NCBI GenBank assembly: GCA_025603075.1
Contig: MU626400.1
Location: 1 to 51,100 of the forward strand
Origin: Neoconidiobolus thromboides FSU 785
Taxonomy: Eukaryota > Fungi > Entomophthoromycota
Length of the DNA: 51,100 bases
Direction of reading: 5' to 3'
Below are positions 11,080 to 24,168 of the stretch, piece after piece (position 1 is the stretch's first letter; the number at the start of each line of letters is the position of its first letter). Position numbers and translations under genes: made by a program. The notes beneath the pieces were generated by a model. That model had not been told where the DNA came from. It saw only the letters and a list, made by a program, of their open reading frames with translations, and searched no databases.

Positions 11080-11482
11080 TAGGTATTCCCAGAAATAATT
11101 TTTTTTGACAAATCTTAACTATAAAGGCTGTGGGAATTAGTAAAAATTGATTCTTGACAAAAATTCCAATATTTATAGCTAAAATAAATTTCAACTAAAA
11201 CAAACTTTAGGCTAAAAAAAAGTGAATTTGGTTTTAACTTTTTTCTTAAAGATAACTTAAACGGTGTCTTGTTATTAATAATAAGAAACTAAAACTTAAA
11301 ATATCCCATTTAATTAATAAAAAAATAAGTAGAACACTTTCAATTTAAAATGTCAGCTAAAACTGTTTATCAAAAGTTAATTTTCTATTAAAATTTTTTA
11401 TAAAATTAGATTTTTTCCATAGCTAATAGCTTGCTTGCTATCATTTTTAACTAAAAAAGAAAATTATTTCTGAGAATACCTA
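11080..11482. mobile_element. MITE-B: ~400-bp non-coding element with ~20-bp TIRs, bounded by TA
   Basis: Left end TA-GGTATTCCCAGAAATAATTT; right end reverse complement TA-GGTATTCTCAGAAATAATTT (1 mismatch). No ORF inside. Confidence 0.65.
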
Positions 11483-12011
11483 ATGTAAAAATTATAATTT
11501 AGTTTTTTATTTGATCTACTTTAATAGTTAAACCTTGGCCATATTAAATTGGTAAGACTTTCGTTTGCTCTATAGCTCTTTATTATTTAAGATAGTTTTT
11601 CAACTTATTTAAGTGCCGCTTCCATATAACTATATATTCTATTACAAGTCTCTTATGAAAAGCATCATTTTTATAAAATTGTAGTTTTTATCAACCAAAA
11701 TAAATTCATTTGGTTCTAAAATCAAATAAATGCGATTGTCTTAAGCTTCTCAACTTATTTGCATAATTTGCAATAAACTATTAGGAAATAAACAAACTAA
11801 GATATTTGTTTACTTGATTTAGAATCAAAACCAAAGTAAATTAAACTATCAATTAAGAACAGTAATTTATTAAATAAAACTAAAAGCTAGGAAATATGTA
11901 CAAACAAAATTATATAAATAAATGAAATGTAAAGTTGATTTTTTATTTAATACAATAGTCATTCAAGGATACAATTTAACTTTTATAAAACAGTAGTAAA
12001 ACAAAAAAGAA

Positions 12012-12260
12012 ATGGTGCAACGAGAAAATGATAGCTCAATTCCCACTACTGCTATAGATGTACAACCACAAGAAACAAACATGCATAAAAATACTGAGGA
12101 CACAGCGATAAGAACCAACCCTTTTGATAGAAGGGATTTATTAGACTCTCCATTTTGTTGCTTGTGTAACTGTGTTAGAACTGTTTATTATAAGATTCAT
12201 GGCTGTTGTGCTATATGCTGTGTTGCAAATATATTATTTTGTTGTGGTGATGATAATTAA
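12012..12260 (+). CDS. Small Cys-rich-tail protein, divergent array member
   Basis: 82-aa ATG ORF. IDVQPQETNM motif; tail CCLCNC...GCCAICCVANILFCCG. Confidence 0.75.
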   Translation: MVQRENDSSIPTTAIDVQPQETNMHKNTEDTAIRTNPFDRRDLLDSPFCCLCNCVRTVYYKIHGCCAICCVANILFCCGDDN

Positions 12261-12437
12261 TAAGGGACACAATTTTATTTTAATAAAAATGATTTCAATC
12301 AAGAATTTTGTGAATTGAGTGTATTTTGTTTATTTATTATAATTTTTAATTTTTAAAACCATATATTCTATATTAAAAGTTTATTCAATCCATATAAAAA
12401 TAAGAGAAGAATATATTTCTATTCTATAAATACCAAC

Positions 12438-15400
12438 TTAATGATCCTTCATTTTAAGTGGATCAATGATTTGACCCTTCTTAGTTATAACCTTTGGCTT
12501 AATTCTTTTAGAGTAAGTTGTAGCTGGATTCCATTCTTTACCAATAGGATTCTTTAATCCCATTTCATATTGCTGCACACTTTGATAAGGGAAAGGTAGA
12601 TTTCTTACAGTATATTTCAACAGCTAAAATAGTTTAATGATCAGTAAATTGAAGTTATAATTTTTACCTTTGGGTTCTTATTCTCGTTTATAATCACATT
12701 ATTTAAATCTTTATCTTTACGTTGGTCTTTATTGACTCCTTTTTTAACAACTTTTATTAAGTTTTTCTTGATTTTGAACTCTTTAAGCTGATCCTCATTC
12801 ATCTTTTTACTAGTCAATCCTCCCCAAGTTCCCCATCCTGGTAAATAAGCATCATTGGTTTTATCTCCTTGTTCTTCGATTGCTTTTTCTTTCTCTTGTT
12901 CAAATTCCTAAAAAAATTAACATAATGTTATACCATTAAAATAGAAATTACTGTTATCACATGATCATCAGCAAATGCCATTTCAACCAACTCTTTTTGG
13001 GTAAACACGGTGTCTTTTTCAACTGGAATCATATCAACATCTCCATGGACATTAACTTCTTCGCCTTCAGACCCTTAATTAATGCTTACTAAATAGAAAT
13101 AAATTTATAAATTATTTTTACCTTCATTTTGATTATGTTCCAAAGTTAAGGCTAAATCGATATTCACTTCTTGGCTTTTATTATCCCCAAGTTTGGCCTT
13201 TTTGATTTTGTTGCTATTTTTTTGCGCTTTATCAACTACATTATTCTTGGTTATATTTCTCTTCTTCTTAGCAAAAGCTTCATTGTCTTGTAGCCATGGA
13301 TTCTCTTGTTCTGAAGTGTTATTTTTGTCTGTATTTTCTATCTTCTTATTATTAAATGTAGTAGCAGTTTCTTTTGGCTTTTCTTCCTATTATTTTGATA
13401 TTAATAAAAATTCTAGTTAAAAATTTTAACTAAAAATCTAATATTACCCTGGAAATTTTTTCAGGCTCATTAATCGAATTAATACTATTAACTTTGCTTT
13501 TTCCTATCTAAAAAATAACATATATTAACAATTTCAAAATTGTGCGATTAACTATCTACCTTTTCATTACCACCAAAAGCCATACGACCTTTGTTTCCTT
13601 CAACTAGATTATCTGCTTCTTCCGTATCAACTGTATCATGAATATAGTTACCAAATTCATCAGTTTGTAACAGTAATATGTCCCTTTTAGCCTCCTCTGC
13701 CATCTTTTCAAGCTCTTGCTGCTTTTTGGCCATTGCCGTTTGCATAAACTTCATGCCCATCACCCCTTTAGATATAGCGCCTTCTGGCTCTTGAATTAAT
13801 TTATCTAGTTTTTGTATATCTCCTTCGTACTCTTCCCCGCTATAATCATCATCTTCCCCTTCATCACTACTATTAGCCTCTCCTTTTATTTTCTTGGTCA
13901 ATCTTTCATGCTCTTTTAGTTGCTCTTGGATAGCTAATTGACTCTATAAAAAAGCATAAGTATACAAAAACTATAGAGCAAATGTTTTACCTCTTTATGA
14001 TTGGAGTTCTGGTTCAATAATGATTTGGCCCATTTACTAGTATTTTTATGTTTCAATGTCATTCTTTCCTAAAAAAGATTAATAAAAATAAAATACAAAC
14101 TAATTCTAAAATTACTCTAGCCCTTGCAACTTCTGCATCGTAATCATCTTCGTCCATTTCTCCATTTAATTCTCTCTCCAACTGTTCAGCCTTCTCTCTT
14201 TCTTTTTTATGTACTCGACGATAACTTAAAAAATATTAAATCAGTGTTCAAGAAGAATATGGTCCAAACTACCTTTTGCTCTTAATTTTAGAAACACGTT
14301 TAGCTTTTGCTTCATTTCTAAACATAAGTTCTCGAAGCTTTTTTAATTCTTTTTGCCTTTTAAGCGCCTAACAATAGATTAATTTGAAGACTAGAACGGT
14401 AATATTTTTTACTTCTTCTGGGTTTAAATGGACCATTTCAAGCTCTTCTTTCTCTTTGATTTTATTTTCATGGACTTTGCTAACATTTAAGATTTCTTGG
14501 ATCTCTTTCTCCATTTCAGTTTCCAGCTATTTAAATCATGAGCAACTATATATAAGCTAATATTTTTATAATTTACTTTAATAGGTGCCGATATACTGCC
14601 GGTAGTAGCTGTATCGATTGCAGGTTTAGAAAAATCAATATGGTCTGCCTAAAAAGTATAATTATCAATAACAATTTAAAAAAACATTTTTATATTTACA
14701 GTTCTATTGGCGGTAATAACTGGTTCCCAAACAGATATTCTATCTTTAGCTTCTAATAATGCAGCTTTACGCTCAATACGATCTTGTAATCTTTTAGCTA
14801 ATGGGGCCTTTAACTTTGATTGCTTAATTTTGCTAACCATTTTAGCTGCTTTTTTTTCCAAACTAACAAATTCTCCTTGATCTTGAACCGGAGCTAATAA
14901 GTCTTCTATGTTTAACTTATTACTTGCTATTAAATAAGATTAATTTAAAGAATATACGGCATTTGATTTATGAATTACTGTTTAATGCAGATCCGAGGTT
15001 GAATTCATTTTCTTTATAGTTCTCTTTTTTTTCACTTAGATATTTTTGTACTCTATTTTTAGGCATTGAATCTAAAAGCTTTTCCAAATTATCTAATTTG
15101 TTATTGTCCTCAGTCTCATTTTCTTCATTTTCTTCATCTTCAGAGAATGAGTAATCTTCGATATCTCCTTCACTATCTGATTGGGCCATCAGTTCTTTTG
15201 CATCAAAACTATTTTGTACATTTTCTACATTTTCTACTTTAGTTGTTTTTTTATCTTCACCAAGCATTTCTGAAAGATCAACAAAGCCCTCTCCAGCCAA
15301 CTCTTCTTCAACGTCAGAATATCTCAATTCTTCTTCTTCTTTCTTCTTACTTCTAACTCCTGCAGTAACTTCATCTCCATCGCCATAAGCTTCATCGGAA

Positions 15401-15552
15401 TCAATTTCTTCATCGTCGTCACTTTTTATGAAATCAACATGGTACCTCATATCTTCAACATGATCTAAGCTCTTTTGTTTGATTTTAACATCCTCTACTT
15501 CGAATGCATTTAAAGCTTTCTTCTTTGTATTTCTTTTCTTAATCTTTGCCAT
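12438..15552 (-). CDS. UTP14: U3 snoRNA-associated protein Utp14 (SSU processome), ~13 exons
   Basis: Acidic N-terminus and conserved blocks (MGMKFMQ, GWGTWGG, LPFPY..YE..LKNPIGKEWN...IKPKVITKKGQIIDPL). About 12 GT-AG introns of 44-61 nt join the track fragments (e.g. 14927-14978, 12624-12667). Confidence 0.93.
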
Positions 15553-16046
15553 TTTCTATTCTCTATTTATTAAAACACTTTAAATTCAATCCCCACTATT
15601 AGTTAAATTTGCTTTTTGAGGTTATACCCAATCATTTGTTCGCTTTAACCCTGTATTTTAAATATTGTAGTTTGAATTAAAGCTATATTGTAGATTGTAT
15701 ATTTAAACTTTTGCTATTCAATTCAATTCAATATACACAATAGACAAAGATCACATATTATTTCGAAACACTATATAAATTCATGCTATCATCTTAAGTT
15801 TTGATAAGCTATACGCTTATTTTAAATAACATTTGTAAATCTCAACTTTTGTTCAATTTTATTAAGTCCAAAATTCGAAATAGCTATTAGCTAAATTTCA
15901 AAAAAACGTTGCAGGATTTTGCTTTCAAGTTTTGATTCGAAATCCTTATCAAAAATAAATTGCAAAAAACTACGAAAATGATAAGAAATTAAAGGGATAA
16001 GAAAAATATTAAAAATCCATTTTTTAAAAATTTAATAATTTATATA

Positions 16047-16604
16047 ATGGCATCTTTTTTTACTAGAGCAGGTTTTGAAGCATTTTTAAATCACCCTGCT
16101 GGTAAACATATAACAACAATTTATTGGTCTATAACTAATTTATTATAAAGGTCCTAGAACTGTACATTTTTGGGCTCCAGCTTTTAAATGGGTAAATCTT
16201 TTAATAACCATTTATTCAGATTTAACTTTGAATCTAGGGCTTAGTCATTGCCGGTTTAGGAGATCTCAGTAGACCAGTTGAAAAGGTTAGTGTTTCACAA
16301 ACTTGCGGTAAATTTCATTTAATAAATATAGTTAGTAAGGTTTAATTCTTTTTTAAAAGCTTTGGCAGCAACTGGAATAATTTGGAGTCGTTATTCATTA
16401 GTCATCAAGCCAAAAAATTGGTCATTATTCTCAGTTAATATGTTTGTAGCTGGCACCGGATTATATCAATTATATAGAGTTTACACGTATGTCATATGTT
16501 AAGTTGTTTATTATTAATATCTAATTATATTTAGTCATAAAGGATTAAAGGAAGTTGATTCGGTTCCAGAAATTACTACTACTCCAAAGCAAGAGAAAAA
16601 TTAA
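16047..16604 (+). CDS. MPC2: Mitochondrial pyruvate carrier subunit 2 (5 exons)
   Basis: Manual splicing gives MASFFTRAGFEAFLNHPAGPRTVHFWAPAFKWGLVIAGLGDLSRPVEKVSVSQTCALAATGIIWSRYSLVIKPKNWSLFSVNMFV..., matching the MPC2 signature GP.TVHFWAP..KWGLV.AG..D..RP. Confidence 0.92.
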
Positions 16605-17105
16605 ATCTAACAAGAATTACATTTTTGCAATGTTCATTTATGTATTTATTTGTCATACGATAATAATTATTTAGAAGGAATATTGAAATTGAAGTTAATT
16701 ACATAGTTTGTAAAAACAATAAATCTGATTGACTTATAAGATTAAAATACCTTATTAATTTTTTGGATCATGGCTATAGCTAGATATTTATAATATTTAT
16801 TTAATTTAGTCAGCTTAGAATTAAGTTTATAAATAAGATAGACTTCTGAGAAATTCAAATTATACTGCTTTATTTGTTGTATATTACTATTAAATATATT
16901 AAACCCAATCTAAATAACGTATTTCAAATCTACAGCAATGATTTAATAGTAATTTATTAGAATATGGACAATCATATATACAAAAAAAGATTAGATGTCA
17001 ATATTCAGATAATTTAAACATCAATTTCAATAAAAAATTATTTTTTGGGTACAAATATTTTTATAGTTAATAAGCTCAATAATTCCTGATTTGATATTTT
17101 TTATT

Positions 17106-18241
17106 TTATAATTTTTCATCAAAAGCATCTTCTACCCCCCACATATCATCAAATGTGAATAATCGCATACCACGATTAACACCATTAATTCGCCTCAAGG
17201 ACATAGAGTCCAACTCTACGATTTGAAGATTTAGTAACTGACGCTTTGGGTTATTTGATCGTGGAACAACTATTAAGTAGATAAACAATAAAGCTTTAAC
17301 TAACTAAAAGTATACCTGAGGTTCCTCTTTGAATGGCCCAGCTTAAAATGACCTGACTTGGTGTAATGTGGTATTTTTTAGAAATATCTAAAATCTATTC
17401 CTGTTATTTTTAATAGTTTAAATTAAACTGATTAGTTACTATAGGATCATACAGAGGAGCTGGCTCAATGGTTCTCCCTAGTGGTGAATACCCAGTAATT
17501 AATATTTCATTTTTTTTGCAATACTCCACTAACCCTTCTTGAGACAAATATGGATGAAGCTCTACTTGATTGACTGCAGGCTTAATAGTACAATGGCTCA
17601 GTAAATAATCTAACTTTTTTATACTAAAGTTCGATACCCCGATGCTTCTAACTTTTCCTGATTTCACCAATTTCTATAGAAATTTAAAACTTTAAATAGT
17701 AGGTCAATAACAACTATTACCTCTAACTCGTGCCATGTGCTCATGATATCAAAATCTTTGATAACCTCAGGGGGAGTAGATTGAGGGTGCTTAAATGCAT
17801 AAGGGAAGTGTATCAAATACAAATCCAAGTAATCAGTACCCAGATTTTTCAAAGTTTTTTGCAAAGCTGGTACAACTCTTTCTGGTATCAAATCAGTACT
17901 CCATAGTTTACTAGTAATAAAGAGCTCCTCTCTTTTTACCCCACTTTGTTTAATTGCTTCTCCAATATGTTCTTCAGTTTTATCTATCGATCTTATTAAA
18001 AATCTACAAAAAAGAGACTATTATCTTACACATAGCTGCTGTATCAATTGCTTTATACCCAAGTTTTATAGCATTTTTTATTGCTTCTACATTAGCATTG
18101 AAATCCCCGGTTTCTAATGTTCATAAATAAATGGTTAAAATGAGAATATAAAGTCCTCCTACCTGTTCCTAACCCTATTGCAGGCATTTTATAACCGCTA
18201 TTTAATTGAAATTCTTTATTGCATATACTAATCTCACTCAT
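17106..18241 (-). CDS. Aldo-keto reductase (GCY1/YPR1/AKR1-like), multi-exon
   Basis: MPAIGLGT, IDTAAMY (catalytic D and Y; the Y codon is split by an intron), TSKLW (K), DLYLIHFP (H), SIGVSNF, VNQVELHPYL, GYSPLG. Confidence 0.92.
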
Positions 18242-19084
18242 TTTTTGTTTTTTCTTATCTACTCCCTATTGTTCATTTATATATTACCGTACTTCATATT
18301 ATGTTATAACTTTTACCCGTAATTATTTAATTTCAAATTAAATCATTTGACTGTCACAAAGTTTAATTCAAAAATAGGCTAACCAGGATACCGTTTATAA
18401 ACGGTGGATGTATAAAGTCAAATAAACTTCAGTAAATAAATAAAACTTATATTATATGACTAAAATTTATTTAGATACATATAGTTTTAATATTTGGTAT
18501 TTAATCTCCATATCTTTGGAAGCATTAATCGATTGATCTTGAAAATATCGATAATGATATAAGTATTTTTTGATTATTAAAGCTGATATTATTTTAAATT
18601 GTAGCTCTGAAACTTATTTGATTCAAGAATAATATTGATAAATTATTGGAGATGTTACATCAATTTTGTAAAGATAATTTTACTTTTAAATAATGCGAAG
18701 TTGTCGGGACTAAATTTTACCATGGGGATATTTGAAATCTTTTATAAATTACTGCCTTGCAATAATATTGCTGTAACTAAAAAAGAGTTAACTAAATAAA
18801 AAAACTTATAAGCTATCTTTTATAAGCGATAAATAATGAAAAAAATATGAATTTATGAATTAATGCTATAGTAAAGGAATAAACACAAAGTCGGCTTAGT
18901 TTAATATAACATGAAACTTATTGATTTGTTATAGACAAATATTAAATCGTTTTCAACAGTTTTTTCTTTGGCTTCTAATAAATTAAATTAATAATACAAT
19001 ATTAAGAATATTATAGCTTTTTATTTTTTGTAAAAAACTTATAGATTTATAGCATTTATTGTTAAAGATCCAATAAAAATTGAT

Positions 19085-20282
19085 TTACAAATCAACACTT
19101 TTTAGAGCTTCAGCAGTATTTCTATCTCCTTTTACTTGGATCTGCTCAATTAATACACGAATCTGTTTATTTTCGTCTTCGCTTAACTTGATATTACCCG
19201 ACTCCACGTTTTCCTCCAAATATTTAATTCTTCTAGTGCCAGGAATGGGGATAATGTCATTTCCCTAATAAATTTCAATATAGAAGTTGTAAATTTTAAA
19301 AATGATCCAAGTTTACCTGCTTCAATACCCACGACAAGCATAACTGCGAAGCTTTTATATTCTTCTGAGTAGCTATCTGTTCCAATTTGTTAACAATTTG
19401 CAAATTATGGTCGAGGTTTTGTTCATTATAACGTGGATAATGAGTGACTCTCGAATCATTTTTATCTAAAGAAGTCAAATCCAATTTTCCTGTTAAGAAA
19501 CCTCGACCTAATGGTGAATAAGCTATAACTGTTACTCCTAACTCTCTACATGCTTCTAACAATCCGTTTTTCTCAATAAATGTTTCCCATGGACTTTAAG
19601 ATAAAATTTAATTATTAGCTTAAACAGTGAATTATCATAATTACCTGTATTCTACCTGTACAGCAGCAATAGGATGAATTTTGTATGCTTTTCTTAATGT
19701 TTCTGCACTACACTCGGATAATCCAAGGTATTTTATTTTACCTTTTTTAATCAGCTCTGTCATAGCTTCAACCGTTTCTTCAATTGGACTATAAGTTTAT
19801 TAAAATAAAATAAATAGACTAATAAAGAACATACGTATTTGGATCTACTCTATGCTGATAATATAAATCGATGCAGCTAATACCTAACCGTTTTAAGCTG
19901 GCATCACAGCTTTGTTTTACAAATTCTTTGTCACCTCGTATTTTGAATGCCTTAGTCTCTGGATTATAATCAATCCCGAATTTGGTACATAAGAAAATTT
20001 CATTTCTACGATTCTTTAGTACTTTAGATAATAGCTTTTCATTTTCTCCAGCTCCATACATGTCCTAACAGAATGTTAGTAATCGTTTGCTTTTTAAATT
20101 TGATCATAATTTACAGAAGTATCCCAAAATGTACAACCAAGGTCAAGTGCTCGGTTTAATACTTTAATATTCTCCCCTTGGTCACTAGACCCATAAAAAG
20201 CACTCATTCCCATACATCCTAACCCAATGCTGGAAACTTGAGGCCCGTTTTTCCCTAATTGTCGAGTTGGTAGTTTATTCAT
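19085..20282 (-). CDS. Aldo-keto reductase (AKR13/YakC-like), multi-exon
   Basis: [61 protein letters not shown]. Stop at 19085-19087. Confidence 0.92.
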
Positions 20283-21400
20283 TGTTTATGTTTCTTTTGG
20301 TTTCGATAACTCTTAACTATCCTCTTTGCTCCTTTTTATACTTTTACATAATTCTTAAGGTATCATTTAATACCAACTGTCGTTAATAATTTGATTCATT
20401 AATAGTTTTTGATCTCAGTTTTAAGTCCGATTTTGATATCAATTTATGACTAACTTGGTAAAAGTTTAATTTCTTTAATTTATTATTCAAGTTTTATAAG
20501 AGATGAATGCTCAATAGAACAAATATAGTAATGGAGATTCGCCGCGTAGAAGTAAGCATTTTATAACTATAGTGAATATATGTACCAATAGGAAAGCTAC
20601 ATAAAATTCATCGAATTGAAGGTAAGTATAAAAAAAAAGTACTTTTTACAGTTGTAAATAAAAAGAAAAATAAGTAGATTAGGTTAAATCCAAGGCACAA
20701 TTATCCTCCGAGACGTGATTATTTCAAAAATTATAAATTAACTATCAGCAATATGAAAATAATGTTGTTCTATTTGAATTTAAAGCTAGTTATCTAGATT
20801 TGTAGCTCTAAGCCTAATCAAAGTTAGAGAAAATTATTTAAATTTTAGCCAAGTCTTTATATTCAACCACATATCTATTGAACTGACAATAGCTTGAAAG
20901 AACTTATTGTAAACTTGTTTACCCAGCCTTAAAGTTTCAGTTTTATCATTCAAACTCAATACCGCCTTTCTGTGCAAAACACATAGGCATCTCTTAAATC
21001 CAAAGATAGGCTTAAAAGGAATTAAATAGGTTGTATTGTTAGCTGTAAGACAAGAAATAGTCTAAGAAATTTTCAGAAAGAAACTCCTATTCTTTTTTAA
21101 AATTGTTTAGTTAAATGTGTATGAATAAAGGTTTTTAATAAGATAAGCTTTCCATTCATATATACAAATTTTGAGTAGGACAGGACTAAATTGGTATCCA
21201 AAAATTAGTTACACTATTTTCAGTAAACAACCTAGATAAATGTCCAATAAAATACTAGAAATTATTTTAAATTTAAAGCTCAGTAAAAGCGGTAGTAACC
21301 AATCAAAATGATATTAGACTTTATTAAGAGTTTTAAACTTTTTGCGAAATACTTCTTTTTTATTTAATTTACAAAGTATATTGTTAAATAAAAATACAAC

Positions 21401-21431
21401 CCTGTCCTGCCGCGGCCTTCCACTTACGTCA
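21401..21431 (+). promoter_or_regulatory. GC-rich promoter patch with CCGCGG and CRE-like TTACGTCA
   Basis: Isolated GC-rich stretch ~110 bp upstream of the ATG at 21543. TTACGTCA resembles ATF/CREB-type bZIP sites. Confidence 0.3.
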
Positions 21432-21542
21432 AACATAAAAATCATTATAAATAAAATATAATACGAAAAAACAAAACTTGAAACCATTTTTGAACAACTT
21501 TAATTGTTAAATTTAAATAAACCTTTTAATAAAAAAGTTAAA

Positions 21543-24168
21543 ATGGACAACCAACAAGACTTAAATAATAAAAACAACCCTACCCACTCAGGATGGGTTC
21601 AAGAACCGCAAGCTGCTCAAGCTTATGCGGATCCAAATTATTACTATTATCAACAAAATTATCCTGGATATGAAGCTGCTTATGCTGAATATTATAATTA
21701 TTATCAACATTATCCTCAAAACTTTAATTATCAAGCTCCTCCCCCTCCTTCATATCCAAATCAACAATACCAACAGCAAGTGTTTCAACCTAATTTTTTT
21801 CCACCTCCACCGATGCCTCGAGCTAATCGACCAGCTCAAGCTACAAATAACAATCCAGGGGTTCCACCACCACCGCCGCCAGCTAATGACATTCCGCCAC
21901 CGCCACCAGAAGAAGATAAATTAAATGGGAATGTAAGTTGGAATCAAACATCAAAAGGAGAAAATTCAACGAAGGGATTTAAGAAATATGGAAGTGTAAA
22001 ATATGAGTATACTGAAAATTCAGGTTCAAAGTTTAAAGAGAATAAATTTAACAGAAAAACCAAGTTTAATGCTAAAGTTAAAGGGTTTCATAGTCCAACT
22101 AGTAGTACTATTATGAATGGGCCGTATAAGAAATTTAGCGAAATTAGTATTAGCGATAGTGGTTTAGCGAACACGTAAGAGTCATATATATTTTTGTTTC
22201 TTATAAATAACCTTTAAAGAAATGATACTTTTGAAGAAAATACCAACCTTATTGGAGGTAACTTTTTTGAAAAAAAAAAAGCAATTTATTCATTTTTATA
22301 GTCACTGAAAATGAAACGATATCTTTAGATGGTAGTAAAAACCCAAAAAATAATAATATTGGTAAGTTCATTTGTAACTTGTTAATATATTATGTACTAA
22401 TTTTTTTTATTTAGATAGCAAGAAGTAAATTTTAATTGGTTTAAGTTATCTACTTAACTTTACATTTATTAGCGATGAAGAGCTACCTGATTACGTGAGG
22501 TATTTTATAATAGCATTATTATTTTAACAAGTATTTATAATCTTATAGGGCATGGGTACAGAAAATATATGAAGCATATCCTAATGCAAAAAGTAATGGC
22601 ACTGCACAACAGATCATATATGGTGCTATCAATAAAGTGTACCAAACGAATAGCATATGGAGCGTCAATTGGAGCAAAAAGCCAATACCAAAGTAAAACT
22701 AACTCCATTTGATAATACAACAAATTTAATATAACCCATAGGGCAATTGTAAAATTATTTGCAAATGTGCAAGTAATTACTGGTAAAAAAGCAGGGTATA
22801 TCATTTTTTTAATAATTGATTAAATTTGTTTATCAAATTTGTTTAGAAAAGCTAAAAGCAAAAGGCAAAAAAGTCCTAGTCCACCTATTATTGAGAATGT
22901 CAGCCATGAAGAGCTACAAAAAAGACTAATGAGACAAGCGAGATTTGCCCAACCTTTAGAGCCTGAAACTTTACCACCTCCTCCTACAGTTGCAACAGAA
23001 CAGGTAGATATATTGATTAAAATTTGCTGAGGGGATCCTAATTTTTAAAATAGCATATGATGGACGTTATTGATTGGGATAAAGACACAGTTATTGGAAC
23101 ATGTACTAACCTCGAGAAGAATTATTTCAGACTTACTAGTGTAAAATTTAATAAATATGTGAAAACCATTTTACCTATATGTTTTTATAGGCACCTGATC
23201 CATCCAAAATACGTCCAGTAGAGGTATTGAAAAAGACATTGAAACTTTTAGTTAAAAAATGGGAAGAAAATAAAGATTATACGTATATTTGTGATCAATT
23301 TCAATCAGTTCGTCAGGATTTAACAGTAAAGTATTTTGAATTATAAAAATTAATTTAATTAAATTATTTAGGTACAAAGAATTAAAAATAACTTTACTGT
23401 TTATGTTTATGAAACTTTTTCAAGAATTGCATTAGAAAAGGTAAATATTTTCTTATTATTATTAGAGTGTATTTATTTAATGTTATTATTAGAACGATAT
23501 AGGAGAGTTTAATAAATGTCAATCCCAATTAAAAGATCTCTATGAATATGGGATTGAAGGAAATGAAAACGAATTTATTTGTTATAGAATGCTCTATTTT
23601 ATATATACTAGGAGCTCAGCAGGTAATTAAAACAATGAACTAATGATAAACAAATATTAATATTATAATAGAAATCAAAAAAATGATATCAAACTTAACT
23701 GAACAGCAAGAAAAAGATGAAAATATAGCCTTTTCATTAAAAGTACTTCGAGCACTTAATACTTCTGAATTTTATACCTTTTTTAGGCTATATAATAGTG
23801 CTACCCAATATTGTAAAATTATCATATCTTTCTTTTTAGAAAGAGAACGATATAAGGCAATGGATATTATATGCATGGCGTAAATATTTATATTTTTTAA
23901 AGTTATAATTACAAATATTAACTTTTTAATTAACAGCTATCTCCCCGATGTCACTTTAGATTATGTAAAAGATATAATGGGCTTTTTAGATGAAGATGAA
24001 TGTATTAATTTTTTAAAAAGTTGTGGAATAACATTGTTTCAATGCCCAAAAGCTTTACAGAATGGTAATCAAAATGTTTATAGGTTTCAAACAAAACCAG
24101 TTAGAAGTATGGTAAAAGCTAGGTTAAATAAACTTTCTAAGGTCGATATTAAAGGACAGCTTAATTGA
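21543..24168 (+). CDS. THP3: SAC3/GANP/THP3-domain protein (THP3/LENG8-like), multi-exon, with Y/Q/P-rich N-terminus
   Basis: Spliced core reads IGTCTNLEKNYFRLTSAPDPSKIRP...[52 protein letters not shown]. First ATG is 21543. Confidence 0.85.

Noticed and set aside
18720-18732. Lone CATGGGGATATT resembling the MITE-A terminus
   Set aside because: No internal consensus or partner TIR follows.
21175-21410. 10-bp inverted repeat GTAGGACAGG / CCTGTCCTGC, ~235 bp apart
   Set aside because: Too short, with one mismatch, no target duplication and no second copy.
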